A stretch of 64,000 bases of DNA from an uncultured bacterium (GCA_963843795.1 CAWJLW010000006.1:3298375-3362374); one strand, 5' to 3'. Shown: positions 41,303 through 52,639, numbered from the stretch's first letter. Notes: generated by a model not told the origin, from the letters alone. Made by a program: numbers and translations.

Positions 41303-44300
41303 TCAGAGCGGTGCAAATACTTGCACCGGCCCCAAAAGTCCCGATTCCATCAGCGGCGTATCTTTATTCAAACGGCGCACGTTGGTTTGTGTGAAACGTT
41401 TTTCGACTGGCAAACTTGCATCGCCGATGATGCGGTTGGGCCAGAAATTTACGACATCAATTTCCAATTGATTGCCGGTCGCTTTGGCCGCGCCCGTAAT
41501 ATCGACGCGAAACGGCGGCGCCCACACGATGCCCAAATCTTTGCCGTTCAAGCGCACTTGCGCGATTTCCTTGACTTGCCCTAAATCGAGCATCAAGCTT
41601 TTGAGGTTTTGTAAATTCGGCGCGAGATCGAAAGTTTTGCGATAGGTCGCTGTGCCCGAATAAAACCGAATGCCGTCTTCAGCGCGTTTGGTCCAACTTT
41701 CCAACCGTTCAAAAGTCGCGTTCGGCGGCCCGCCCCATTTCGGATCGAAGCTCACTTGCCACGCGCCATTCAAAGTCGCGCGCGGCACAAATTGCGGCGT
41801 GTTGGCTTGCCCGTTCGCCGGATGCGCAGCTATCGGCGCGCGAAAAACCACGAACCATGAACCGCAAGGCGCGAATTCCATTGGTAACGAAGTGCGTCCG
41901 CCAACTTGCGTGTAATTGGTGGCGAATCTTCTTTCGCCAGTCACCGCGTTCCACAGTTCGGGCGCTTTGCCGTTCACGCGAAATGTGCAAGTCGCAGCCA
42001 GCGCGGTTTTGGCGCGATTGGCGACGAAATAAATTTCCGCAGCGCCAGCGCGTCGATGAATGTAATTCACATCCGCGCTGTTGACGCTAATTTCGAAGTC
42101 GGGCGCGATGTTATCGGCTGCAAGTACTTGCAGTGCGCTTTGGCCCGAAATCACGCGGCCTTTGCCGACTTTGGCGTTCGGCTGATTCCACATCTGTGCG
42201 GCGATGCGTTTAATTTCCGCATCGTTGTTGGGATAATTTTCCAAGCTGCTGGCTTGCGTCGGGCGCGGGCCGATAATCGTCGCGCCTTGCCTTGCAAGTA
42301 CTTGCAGACGGCGCAAAACCGGCAGCGAAATTTTCGTGCGCTCGGGCAACACCAGAACGCGATAGCTCACGCCTTCGGGTAGCGTCAAGCGTCCGTCGCG
42401 CACGCTTAAACGATGCAAAATGACGTCTTCGGTCATCACATCGTAATCGTAGTTTTTGCCGATTTTCGCCGGATCGGAAGCGCGCAGTTGCGTAAAATTC
42501 GGCACGTGATCGCCGTAATAATACGCCACGTCACTCACCGGAATGCCCTGCTGCATCATGAACTGGCTGCGGTTGATGTATTTCAAAAATGGCGCGGAAT
42601 AATTCCACCACGTCGTGTTGGGATTGAAGTGCGTGCCCGCGAAATATTGCTGTCCCGGCATTCCCATTTCAGCGGGCGAACACACGAAAGCGTGCCACAC
42701 CAAACGATTCAAACCTTCGGTCAGGGCGTAATCGAACGAGGGTTTTAAGTTATCCCACACGGTTTCCTGCCAGTGCGGGCCGATGGTTGTGAAACCTTCC
42801 GCCGCGACCAAGTTTTTGCCATACGTGTGCGCGGCAGAGGCCGGTTGCTTGACGAAAAATCGGTCGGCATCGGTCACGCGATGGCGCGGCGAAGCGGCCC
42901 AGAATTCCGACATCGGCATATCGTTTTGGCCCAGCGAACGCTGCGCATCAATCGGGCTGGCGTGCGGGCCGCCCGATTCGGGATGAATCAGCAGGTTGTG
43001 CGCGTGCGACCATTTCACGAACGGCTCGTAATGATGCGCGACCGCCAAATCGCCCAGCGTTTTGCGAAAATCATCGAGAAAGCGATTGCTCTGCTCGCGG
43101 TCGTTGAGTATCGCACCGCTCAAAACCGGCAGCCACGGCAACAAATCGTAGCCACGCCGCGCCCTAAATTCTGCGCGCAACGTCGGCGTCCAGTTAATCG
43201 CCTCGACTTCCCAACTATCGGTGTGCAGAGTACCTCAGCGTCGTTCCGGCCAGCGGGCCAGCATCGGCAATCAGCGGCTCGACGATTTGGTTCCAGTAAC
43301 GCCCAAACGCGCCTACGTCCAGCACATCCAAAGCGTAACCGCTCCAGCCTTCGCTCGAAGTGGAAACTTTGGAATGATCGCCAACCGTCGCGCCAAAGCG
43401 CGTGATTTGCCAGTTTCCCGCTGGCGCTTCCCAGTTCAAAATGCCCTGCGCGTTCATTTTCGACGTGAGATCGACGACATCGCGCACGTTCGCATCGGCT
43501 TCACCGGGCGTGGCGGGAATATCGGAAAGCAAAAGCGAAGTGTCGGGCGCGGAAAAGCTCAAACTGCGCCGCATCGCTTTTTCGCTGAGGTTGCGAATCG
43601 GCGCGCGACCGTCCGCGTTCGCTTGGGGCCACGAAATTTCTTCACCCCTCAAACGCGCCTCGACGATTTGCACATTGCGCGGATTATCTGCGAATTTCGG
43701 GTCGTAAGAGCTGAAAAATGCGACGCGAAAAAACTTCGCTTTGGTTGCGGGAAACGCGATTTCCGCCGTGCCATTGTTCTCCACAGTGAAAGTTTTCACG
43801 TCGCGAAAAGTTTGGCCATCGTCCGAAACCTGCACTTCGCCTTCGCGCGGCCCGTAATCGGGTCGGCCTTGCAAGGTCAGGCTGTGGGCGCTGACGGGCG
43901 CGCGGAAATTCCATTGCAGCCATTGCGGCTGCACGCGCGTCGGCCCTTGTCCGGCTTCGAGTCCGCTCGAAACCCAAAACGTGTCGCCGCTGCCATCAAC
44001 TGCGGCGCTGGCCGAATGTTCGGCCTGACTGGAACTGCTCGTCACGCCCGCGAAATTCGTATCAGCCGGCACGTCTTTGACGCGATAAGCCGTGACGAAC
44101 AATCTTGGTAATACGGGTCAGCGTGCTGCGGCGCGGGCAATTGCTGGCTGATTTTTGCACCGCCTTTGATTGTAGTTTGCGACCAGACGAGCTTTTTAGC
44201 GGCGTCTGCGGCCCTGACATTCGGACCGCCCAAATTCCAGCCGCTCTGGATATTCAGGCTCATTTCCAAGCCCAGCCGATTGGCTTCGCGCAAGGTGTGT

Positions 44301-44638
44301 TTATACAATTCGCGCCACGCGGGCGAGAAAAATGTCGGGCCGTGCGGAACTTCCGCGTTGCCATCTTGCGCCGCGCCACCGGCATCACAAATCAGCGCGC
44401 CACCAAAACCCTGACGCTCCATTTCTTCCAAATCGCGCGTAATCGAAGCCTTGGTCACGTTGCCATTGAGCCACCACCAATACGCGCGCAACTTCGCCGC
44501 ATCCGGCGGATTTTGCCAGCCCGCTTCCAATGTCGGTGCGCCCGCGCGAGCGCTGGAGATTTGAGCAGGTGCGCTGATTGCGGCGGTGCCCAGCAAAACG
44601 GTCGCACCCAAAAAGCTACAAAAAGTGATTTTTTTCAT
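41303..44638 (-). CDS. GH106-family alpha-L-rhamnosidase-like protein with a discoidin-like insert; two frameshifts (about 44100 and about 43228)
   Basis: Three consecutive ORFs form one protein: YWWWLNGNVTK...GWNLGGP / ...LHTDSWE / ...AAEGFT...YSGTATY...LDLGQV...SGLLGPV. Confidence 0.85.
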
Positions 44639-44682
44639 GACGAGAAACAATTGAGGCGCTGCAAGTACTTGCAGCGCCTTTT

Positions 44683-46110
44683 TTAACAAACCTGCACGAT
44701 TTCGATTTCCAACAGCGCGGCCAATTTTTGCAATTTGCCGCCGATGTGCCCGACGCCGACCGCGCAATGATGCGCCGGACCTTGCGCGTTCCACTGATTG
44801 ACAAATTCGCGCGCGCCGATTTCAAACTTGTAACGGCTGTTGGTGTTGCCGATTTCTAGAACCGGTCCGGCCACCGATTCGCCATGCGCGCTCAAGAATT
44901 TCAATTTTCCATCGCGCGTTTGCACGACCGACAGCAGCGTGACCGGCCCGTGTTTAACCGCCATTTCGACCGACAAACCGCGCCCGACTTTGCCGTGATA
45001 AACATCGAGCGGTCGCACTTTGGTTTTGCCTTCGGCAATCGCGATGTGGCCCGGCCCATCGTGGCCCATCAGCACCACATCGTCGTTAAAATCGAGCGCG
45101 TAATATTCGGTAAAACTGCCGCCAACGCCGAATGCATCCATGATTTTCATCGCCTGCGCGTTCTTAATTTCCATCTCGCCCGCGCACGGAATTCCGCGCG
45201 CCGTCAGCAGCGAATTGCCCAGAATAATCGAGCTAATCGCGTCCTCATTTTGCGCGCTGCCCATGTAATAGTAAGCTAGCGAACCCAAATCGTGATTTTC
45301 GACCAAGGTATCCAACGCGACCGAAGTGCGCGCCGCGCGTTCGAGTTCTTCAGGCGCGCAATCGGGCTGCACCTCGAAAATATCTTGAAATTCATCTACA
45401 CGTGCGGCGATTTGCACATCGGAAACTTCTTGGCGCAGCGCAGCCAATTCATCGACTTCGACGATTTCGATATGGCCGCCGAAGGTTGCGCATTGCTGCG
45501 TCAAATCGGAATAAATATCGAGCATTCCGTTGTAATAATGGCCCATCACGCCCAAGCGATTGTGCTCCATCACGTGCTTGACGCGCGCCGCTTCAATCCA
45601 TTCATCGACTTCGTTCCAGCACTGCGGATCGTCATGCAGCGTACCAGTAATTTGGTGAAACGCGATGCCGCAGCGCGCGAAAACGTTGGCGATTTCAGGG
45701 ACGGGACAGGCGGCACAAAACGCCAGCCAATCGCCAGTCATGCGCGTGCGGTCGCCCAGAGCGTTGAAGCGCGCGTAATCAATCGCGGCTGCGGGCTGCA
45801 AATTCAAAATCACAACCGGGACTTTGGCGCGCCGCACAACCGGCAAAACCGTCGAAGAAAGCGCATAGGTCGTGACGTGCAGAAAAATTAAATCAACGTC
45901 AGCGCGCCGGAATTCGTGGCCCGCAGCGAGCGCTTTTTCCGGCGTGTCGATTAAACCCAAATTCACGACTTCGACATCGGCGCGCCCGATTTTTTCGGCC
46001 ACAGTGGCGACATACGAATTCAGTTGTTCCTGCAAACCTGCGAATTGCGACCAATATGCTTCCAAGCCGATGCCGAAAATGCCGATGCGCACGTGAGAAA
46101 AATCGTCCAT
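44683..46110 (-). CDS. L-fucose/L-arabinose isomerase family protein
   Basis: CAGEMEIKN, MGHDGPGH, GPAHHCAVGVGH; GAGGAG Shine-Dalgarno before 46110. Confidence 0.85.
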   Translation of the reverse strand: MDDFSHVRIGIFGIGLEAYWSQFAGLQEQLNSYVATVAEKIGRADVEVVNLGLIDTPEKALAAGHEFRRADVDLIFLHVTTYALSSTVLPVVRRAKVPVVILNLQPAAAIDYARFNALGDRTRMTGDWLAFCAACPVPEIANVFARCGIAFHQITGTLHDDPQCWNEVDEWIEAARVKHVMEHNRLGVMGHYYNGMLDIYSDLTQQCATFGGHIEIVEVDELAALRQEVSDVQIAARVDEFQDIFEVQPDCAPEELERAARTSVALDTLVENHDLGSLAYYYMGSAQNEDAISSIILGNSLLTARGIPCAGEMEIKNAQAMKIMDAFGVGGSFTEYYALDFNDDVVLMGHDGPGHIAIAEGKTKVRPLDVYHGKVGRGLSVEMAVKHGPVTLLSVVQTRDGKLKFLSAHGESVAGPVLEIGNTNSRYKFEIGAREFVNQWNAQGPAHHCAVGVGHIGGKLQKLAALLEIEIVQVC

Positions 46111-46256
46111 AAACTCCTCGAATTGTGATGCTACAAAACGCGCTGCAAGTACTTGCAGCGCGTTTTGCACTCGTTGATTTAAAGGGTTGGGCGATTTAAT
46201 TTTACTGTTTTCGCGGCGTTTCGATGCGATTTTCTCGTCGCAAGTACTTGCAGCGC

Positions 46257-47654
46257 TTACGGCGTCCATTGCAGAACCGAAATTTCCTGCGGCGGCAAAT
46301 TTTCCAGCGTTTCCGCATCGCCCTGCCCGACGTGCTGCACGAACAGGTTCAATTGATGATCGCGCTGCCACAAAATCGGGTCGTGGGTCGGCTCCCACGC
46401 GCCCATATTTTTGTCCAGCAAAGTTAGGTTTTTCCAATCGTTGCGCGCCGCGTTTTCCGAAACCACGACCGAAATTCCGTTGCCCAATTCTTCATCGCGA
46501 AAAATCAGGTAGATTTGGTTTTTGCTGCCCGCGAGGACCAAAGGCCGTGAAATTGGAATGCGCTTAGTGCCGCCGCCGCTCAAACGGAACGGCGTGGTGC
46601 GCTTGGTGGCTTCGCTGTGCTGCCACTTTTTGCCATCGTGCCACACGATTTGATACTGCGGCACTTCGCTGCCTTGCGCGCGCCAATACGTCGCGATAAT
46701 CGGATGATTTTCGCCATCGACCGTCATCGAAGTTTGGTTAATCAGCTCGCTGTTGTGCGGCACGGGCCACGCGACTTCGGCGTTTTCGATGGTGATGGGA
46801 AGCGTGTATTTTTCGCCGTTCGATTTCTGCCAGCTTTTGCCTTCGTCGGGCGAATAGGCATAGCAAATATCGTGATTGGTCGCGACATCGGGCGAATCGC
46901 GCCACACCCACGACAAGTGCAAACCGCCTTTTTTGTCAACCGCTAAATTGTTCAAATACGCGTTGCGCTTTCCGCCACCCGCGACCAAAGGATGCTGCAC
47001 GACTTGCCATTTCTGAGTCTTCACATCGTAACGATTCAGCATTGCGTTGCCGTTGCCCGAACTGCCGTCACGATATAAGAACAGCAAATCGCCACTCGGC
47101 AAAGTGTAAAATTGCGGATAAGTCACACTTTTTTCTTGCTCGCCGGTCATCGGCATTTCGGCACTCAATTCGAGTTCACCGGTCGGGTCGTTAATCGCTT
47201 TGGTGCTGCGCACATAGCGCAAATTCTGGTTGTGTAAATCCCAAGAAATGTGCAGAAAACCTTTGCCGTCAACGCCCAGCGAAATCACGTTGTGAGCGTC
47301 TTGCGCCGCGCCTTGATATTGCGTGACATAAATTTTCCAATCTTGCGAATCGAGCTTGCGGCGCGCCAAAATCATGTGACCTTGATCGTCGTAATACGCT
47401 GCAACTTGCGTGTCTTTGAATGTCACCAAACTGCTGGTGCGAAAAATCGCCGCGTTAACCGAAGATTTGGCCCAACCAGTTCCGCCCAACGCAACGGTTT
47501 TTACATCCGGTGCAGTTTCGGCTTTGGCATTGGTTTGAGTTTGCGCTGCTGCTGGCTGCACCGTTTGCGTGGCTCCCGGCTGAGCGGCGCACGAAATTGT
47601 GCTGATGACCAAACCGAGACCGCAATATCGGGCAAAATTCTTGAGATTTTTCAT
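46257..47654 (-). CDS. BNR-4 repeat beta-propeller lipoprotein (glycan-active)
   Basis: DAHNVISLGVDGKGFLHISWD, YPQF, SPDEGKSW; lipobox ISC. Confidence 0.85.
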   Translation of the reverse strand: MKNLKNFARYCGLGLVISTISCAAQPGATQTVQPAAAQTQTNAKAETAPDVKTVALGGTGWAKSSVNAAIFRTSSLVTFKDTQVAAYYDDQGHMILARRKLDSQDWKIYVTQYQGAAQDAHNVISLGVDGKGFLHISWDLHNQNLRYVRSTKAINDPTGELELSAEMPMTGEQEKSVTYPQFYTLPSGDLLFLYRDGSSGNGNAMLNRYDVKTQKWQVVQHPLVAGGGKRNAYLNNLAVDKKGGLHLSWVWRDSPDVATNHDICYAYSPDEGKSWQKSNGEKYTLPITIENAEVAWPVPHNSELINQTSMTVDGENHPIIATYWRAQGSEVPQYQIVWHDGKKWQHSEATKRTTPFRLSGGGTKRIPISRPLVLAGSKNQIYLIFRDEELGNGISVVVSENAARNDWKNLTLLDKNMGAWEPTHDPILWQRDHQLNLFVQHVGQGDAETLENLPPQEISVLQWTP

Positions 47655-47724
47655 AATTTCAAATTTATAAATTCAAAAAGGCGCTGCAAGTACTTGCAGC
47701 GCCTTTTCAACGGACAAGCCGCGA

Positions 47725-48552
47725 CTAACCATCATCTTGAATCGTGAAAGCCGACAGCGTGACGCCATCAGCGGCGCGGCGCGCGGCTAAGGAACTCAGC
47801 CTCTGCGATTTGACGTGACCGTCGGTATACAATACGTTGGTGGTTTCCAGATGTCGCGCCACCATGTAATCGATCTGGTTGGGATTGGCTGTAGTATTGA
47901 CCACGGTGGCCGGTTGTGTCGAAGTACAACCTGAACCGCCAGCCGGCGCACAAGACCAGCCAAAAGAGTTTCGATCAGCACCGGACGTGATATCAGAAAT
48001 CCAAACTGTGCCCGCAGCATCTGCCAGTTCAGAAATGTTCAAGCCCACTAAGTAGCGCCCTGACGGCGGTGTACGCGCACCCGGATCATAGCGATACATG
48101 ATATTCACGCCATAGCTGCCGTAATTGGTGTTGCTGGCCGCGGGCAAATTCTTGTAGTAGATGTAATTCTTGCCGGTTCCGCTATCGCTGGGGCAGGTAA
48201 AAACCTGCTCGCTTTTGATATACGGGTAAGCCGCATCCATCCACTTATACAATGTGCCGTTGGGATTTGATGCATTGCCATTGGCACCGTAAAAGAAGAA
48301 CGGCAGCGATTCATCGTAATCCTGCGAATATTGAAGCAAGCCCAGCCCGATTTGCTTCAAGTTGCTGGAACACGAAGCACGACGCGCATTTTCGCGCGCT
48401 CGCGCAAATACCGGAAACAAAATCGCCGCCAAGATAGCGATGATCGCTATCACAACTAAAAGTTCAATCAGTGTGAAGCCCGCGCGAACTGAAATCGTCC
48501 GCCGCTTTTGCACTGCTGCCAACCGCTCTCCCATCCCCAAATATGCGCTCAT
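47725..48552 (-). CDS. DUF1559 prepilin-type N-terminal cleavage / H-X9-DG protein
   Basis: [41 protein letters not shown]. Confidence 0.92.
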   Translation of the reverse strand: MSAYLGMGERLAAVQKRRTISVRAGFTLIELLVVIAIIAILAAILFPVFARARENARRASCSSNLKQIGLGLLQYSQDYDESLPFFFYGANGNASNPNGTLYKWMDAAYPYIKSEQVFTCPSDSGTGKNYIYYKNLPAASNTNYGSYGVNIMYRYDPGARTPPSGRYLVGLNISELADAAGTVWISDITSGADRNSFGWSCAPAGGSGCTSTQPATVVNTTANPNQIDYMVARHLETTNVLYTDGHVKSQRLSSLAARRAADGVTLSAFTIQDDG

Positions 48553-48580
48553 TTTCTTCTCCCGACAATTCGTAATCACT

Positions 48581-48638
48581 TTGATTAAACATTTAATCAA
48601 AGTGAGCTGATTATAGCAATTTGAATTCCTCCCTGCAA
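48581..48638 (-). promoter_or_regulatory. Promoter with a downstream palindromic operator (LacI-type)
   Basis: TTGCAG-17bp-TATAAT (48638 to 48610, minus strand); near-perfect palindrome TTGATTAAACATTTAATCAA at 48581-48600. Confidence 0.6.
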
Positions 48639-48732
48639 GTGGCAGGAGCAAACTTTTATTTGCGCCGAGTGAGCTTTTTGAATTGAAATGTTTTGATTCG
48701 CAAGTAGTGGCGATGCAATTTCGACTGAGGGT

Positions 48733-49248
48733 TCAGGGAATTCGACAGGCTTCGACTTCATTTGCCTCAAGTGTGCCCAACAATTCTCCGCAATTGAGGA
48801 TGCGGCGGCGCGTTATTTCGATGCGCTTTTGCACCTTAGGGCCTCGCGTATGATAACCGCGCTTTTCAAGTTGAGCAATGGGCACAACCCAAACTTCGGC
48901 GCGCCCCGAAGGCACAATGAAAACGGCCCACAGCTCGTCCAAATCGTTGAGCATCGAGACCAAAACTGAAACTGGCGGCGTCGTGCTTTTGGCGCATTTG
49001 ATTACAACCGATTTCGAGGCGAATTCACCGCGATTGTTGGCGTGATTGCTCGACATTTTCACTCCGAACTTCGTGCCCACTACCCGCGCCAAACGTCGCG
49101 CCCATTGAGTCGGCGCGAGATTGGGCGCAACGGACGCCGCACGAGAAATGCTGCGCCGCGCCGATTTTCGCTGTGCCGCGCGACTTTGCGAATCGCGACT
49201 TTGCGAATGCGGCGAGATGTCAAGAAGAGGGGCAGAATCACGTTTCAT
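48733..49248 (-). CDS. Hypothetical protein (possible restriction-endonuclease-like fold)
   Basis: ORF fills the gap; N..GE...VVIKCAK pattern; family uncertain. Confidence 0.5.
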   Translation of the reverse strand: MKRDSAPLLDISPHSQSRDSQSRAAQRKSARRSISRAASVAPNLAPTQWARRLARVVGTKFGVKMSSNHANNRGEFASKSVVIKCAKSTTPPVSVLVSMLNDLDELWAVFIVPSGRAEVWVVPIAQLEKRGYHTRGPKVQKRIEITRRRILNCGELLGTLEANEVEACRIP

Positions 49249-49295
49249 GGCTGCGTTGGAGGGAATGATGGAAGTGATGAGTGAAAAGTGGAAAA

Positions 49296-50090
49296 TTAAA
49301 TGTTTTCCAGAGCTGAAGCGGAGTTTTTCTCACTGCAAGTACTTGCAGCGTCATTTTCTGCAGAAACTTGACCTTGAAACCAATCGAAAGCGATTTGAGC
49401 GGCGCAGGTTTCCGCCGCTTTTTTGGTGCGGCCTTCGCCCTGCCCACGCACCACTCCATCGACTACGACTTGCGCGCAATAGCGCCGTTCAGACGCGAGG
49501 TTTTTGGCGATGCCTTTATCGGCTGCAATGCGATAAACCGGCGTGCCCAGCGCGTTGGCCTGCGTCCATTCCTGCAACAAATTTTTGATATTGACTGTGC
49601 TGGCCTGTGTCGCCAGTTCAAACTCATCAACGAACCAACGTTCGATGAAAGCGCGCGTAGCCTCAATGCCACCAGACAAATGAATCGCGCCCATTACGGC
49701 TTCGATGGCATCACACAAAATCGTGTCGCGTTGTGCTCCACCCGCATTCGATTCGCCGCGTCCCAAGACCAGATAGTTACCCAGTTCCAAGCGTCGCGCC
49801 ACACGCGCTAAAGTCGTTTTCTGTACGATAGCGGCTTTGCGTTGCGTGAGGTCGCCTTCGGGCAATTCGGGAAAACGACGATACAAATATTCGGCGACAA
49901 CCGCACCGAGAATCGTATCGCCCAGAAACTCCAAACGTTGATTCGATTTCAAGGTACGCTCGACGCCTTCACCGACTGCCGAAGGATGTGTAAGGGCGAG
50001 TTGCAGCAGTTCGTCGGAGACCTCGCAACCCAACTTGGGCCGCAACGATTTCCATTCTGCGGGCCAAACGGGTGTGCGGTCGATTTGCAT
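49296..50090 (-). CDS. rnc: Ribonuclease III
   Basis: ALTHPS, NQRLEFLGD, DAIEA, C-terminal dsRBD GRTKKAAE. Confidence 0.94.
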   Translation of the reverse strand: MQIDRTPVWPAEWKSLRPKLGCEVSDELLQLALTHPSAVGEGVERTLKSNQRLEFLGDTILGAVVAEYLYRRFPELPEGDLTQRKAAIVQKTTLARVARRLELGNYLVLGRGESNAGGAQRDTILCDAIEAVMGAIHLSGGIEATRAFIERWFVDEFELATQASTVNIKNLLQEWTQANALGTPVYRIAADKGIAKNLASERRYCAQVVVDGVVRGQGEGRTKKAAETCAAQIAFDWFQGQVSAENDAASTCSEKNSASALENI

Positions 50091-50143
50091 GATCCAAATG
50101 ATAAACCAAACGCGCTGCAAGTACTTGCAGCGCGTTTGAAATT

Positions 50144-51382
50144 TTATTGCGTCCAGCGTTTAAACAGCAACGCCGTGTTGTGGCCGCCAAAGCCCGACGA
50201 GTTGCACAACGCGTAATCGACCTGCTTTTTGCGCGCACCCTCGGTGACGTAATCGAGGTCACACGCCGGATCGGGATGTTCGTAGTTGATTGTCGGCGGC
50301 AAAACGCCATCGTGCAGCGCCATTACGGTCGCAATCGCTTCGACTGCGGTACCACCGCCCAATAAATGTCCAATCTGCGATTTAGTTGAACTCATCGCCA
50401 ATTTGTAAGCGTGCGGGCCAAAAACGTGCTTGACGGCTGCGGTTTCGCACGAATCGTTGACCGGAGTCGAAGTGCCGTGCGCGTTGATATAGCCCACATC
50501 TTCGGGCGTGATGTCGGCCATTTTCAAGGCTTGCTTCATCGCGTTGCCGATGCCATGACCGTCTTCGGGCATTCCGGTGATATGATACGCATCCGCCGTC
50601 ATACCGTAAGAAACCATTTCGCCATAAATCGTGGCGCCGCGTTCTTGCGCGTTTTCCAAAGATTCCAGAATCAGAGTCCCAGCACCTTCGGCAATAACAA
50701 AACCGTCGCGCGTTTTATCGAAGGGGCGACTGGCGTGTTCGGGATCGTCATTACGACTTGACAGCGCGTGCATATTACCAAAACCAGCCATCGCGCTATC
50801 GCAAATCGGCGCTTCCGTGCCACCAGTGATCATCGCGACAGCGTCGCCGCGACGGATTAAATCGTAGGCCAAGCCCAAAGCGTGACCCGACGATGTGCAC
50901 GCCGAAACTGTCGCGAGGCTGGGGCCGCGCGCGCCGCTGCGAATCGAAACATGGCCGCTGGCCATGTTCGGAATCATCATCGGAATGAGAAACGGACTGA
51001 CCCGATCCGGACCTTTAGCCAGCAATTTGGCATATTCGCGCTCCCACGTCGTGAGGCCGCCAATACCGCTACCTATAACCGTACCGACCATGTCGCGGTT
51101 TTCTTCGGTGACTTTGAAGCCTGAATGTTGCAGGGCTTCATCGGAAGCCGCAACCGCAAGTTGGACAATACGATCCATGCGGCGTGCTTCTTTGCGCTCG
51201 ATGTAGTTTTCGGGATTGAAGCCGGTCACTTCGCCGCCGAACTGCGTGCGATGAATCGACGGGTCGATTAAGGTCAAGCGCGCGATGCCGTTGCGTCCGG
51301 TTTTCACGCCCTGCCAAAACTCAGTCGCGCCCAATCCCAACGGCGTCATCGCACCGAAACCGGTGATGACAACTCTATGCAT
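50144..51382 (-). CDS. fabF: 3-oxoacyl-ACP synthase II
   Basis: SACTSS, NAHGTSTP, KSQIGHLLG, GFGGHN. Confidence 0.96.
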   Translation of the reverse strand: MHRVVITGFGAMTPLGLGATEFWQGVKTGRNGIARLTLIDPSIHRTQFGGEVTGFNPENYIERKEARRMDRIVQLAVAASDEALQHSGFKVTEENRDMVGTVIGSGIGGLTTWEREYAKLLAKGPDRVSPFLIPMMIPNMASGHVSIRSGARGPSLATVSACTSSGHALGLAYDLIRRGDAVAMITGGTEAPICDSAMAGFGNMHALSSRNDDPEHASRPFDKTRDGFVIAEGAGTLILESLENAQERGATIYGEMVSYGMTADAYHITGMPEDGHGIGNAMKQALKMADITPEDVGYINAHGTSTPVNDSCETAAVKHVFGPHAYKLAMSSTKSQIGHLLGGGTAVEAIATVMALHDGVLPPTINYEHPDPACDLDYVTEGARKKQVDYALCNSSGFGGHNTALLFKRWTQ

Positions 51383-51558
51383 GATATATTTTTGACACTT
51401 AACAATTTACTTGTTCAATTCCGCGCAAAGAATCACAGAGATTTCGTAGAGAGCCGGAAGAAAAGAGAGAAAGCTCAATCTGCAAGTACTTGCAGATTGA
51501 GTTTTCGAAATCTCCAAGTTTTCTGCGAAATCTTTGTGTCTTGGCGCGAAGTTGAAAA

Positions 51559-51798
51559 TTACGAATTTTCGGATTTGTTATCGATATACGAAACGGCTTC
51601 GCCCACGGTGGTGATTTTTTCGGCGTCTTCGTCGGGGATTTCGATTTCGAATTCTTCTTCAAAGCGCATCACCAGTTCAACGACATCCAGCGAATCGGCC
51701 CCTAAATCCTCTACGAAACGCGCCTGCGGCGTCACGATACTTGAATCCACGCTGAGTTCGTCAGCCACAATTTCCTTCACTTTATCGACTACTGCCAT
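51559..51798 (-). CDS. acpP: Acyl carrier protein
   Basis: [14 protein letters not shown]. Confidence 0.97.
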   Translation of the reverse strand: MAVVDKVKEIVADELSVDSSIVTPQARFVEDLGADSLDVVELVMRFEEEFEIEIPDEDAEKITTVGEAVSYIDNKSENS

Positions 51799-51851
51799 GT
51801 GTTTCCTCCACTTCCTTGAAAGTTTTTTTAATTCAATGCGACGTTATCAAA

Positions 51852-52589
51852 CTACGACATTACAAGCCCGCCGTCAACATTGAACACCTGTCCCGTCACA
51901 TATCGTGCGCCCGCTCCGGCCAAAAATAATGCCATCGCAGCTACGTCTTCGCTTTGTCCCAAACAGCCCAGCGGAATGTTTTTCATTAATTCCGCGCGTG
52001 CCTCTTCGTTCATTTCCGAAGTCATATCGGTTTCGATAAAGCCGGGCGCAATCGCGTTGCAGGTGATGCCGCGTGAACCCAATTCTTTCGCCACCGATTT
52101 AGTGAAACCGATTAGACCAGCTTTGGACGCCGCATAGTTGGCCTGCCCCGCGTTGCCCATCTGACCGATAACGCTCGAAATGTTGATGATGCGCCCACTT
52201 TCGGCTTTGAGCATCATGCGGCTGACCGCTTTAGTGCAGTAAAACGCGCCCGACAAATTCACGTCCAGAACCTGTCGCCACTGCTCGACTTTCATGCGAA
52301 TCAACAAGCCGTCCTGCGCAATGCCCGCATTGTTGACCAGGACGTCGATTTGTCCCATTTCCTTACCGGCGCTTTTGATCGCGCTTTCAACTGCATCGGC
52401 ATCAGAAACATCAACTGCCAAAGCCAGTGCACGCCGACCCAAATCGGTGATTTCCTGCGCTAATTCGTCGGGCGCCGAACGCGCGATGAGAACGCAATCC
52501 GCACCCTGGCGCGCGTATTCCAGCGCGATTTCGCGCCCGATGCCGCGCCGCGCGCCGGTTATTAGCGCGACTTTGCCTTCCAATTGCAT
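51852..52589 (-). CDS. fabG: 3-oxoacyl-ACP reductase
   Basis: TGARRGIG, NNAG, GNAGQANYAASK. Confidence 0.95.
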   Translation of the reverse strand: MQLEGKVALITGARRGIGREIALEYARQGADCVLIARSAPDELAQEITDLGRRALALAVDVSDADAVESAIKSAGKEMGQIDVLVNNAGIAQDGLLIRMKVEQWRQVLDVNLSGAFYCTKAVSRMMLKAESGRIINISSVIGQMGNAGQANYAASKAGLIGFTKSVAKELGSRGITCNAIAPGFIETDMTSEMNEEARAELMKNIPLGCLGQSEDVAAMALFLAGAGARYVTGQVFNVDGGLVMS

Positions 52590-52639
52590 AATTTCCTCTG
52601 CAAGTACTTGCACCATTGCTTGCACCAAGTCCTGGCGCT

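Noticed and set aside
44095..44105. First GH106 frameshift as motif-related
   Set aside because: It is best explained by a missing T in a short homopolymer (GAT TTG TTC), with no GTAC at the site.
46111..46437. Long N-terminal extensions in track ORFs (isomerase, elaA, fabG, Trx-NHL) containing LQVLA/CKYLQ/ASTC
   Set aside because: They read through intergenic hairpins; the motif has no stop codon in any frame. Better-supported starts lie downstream.
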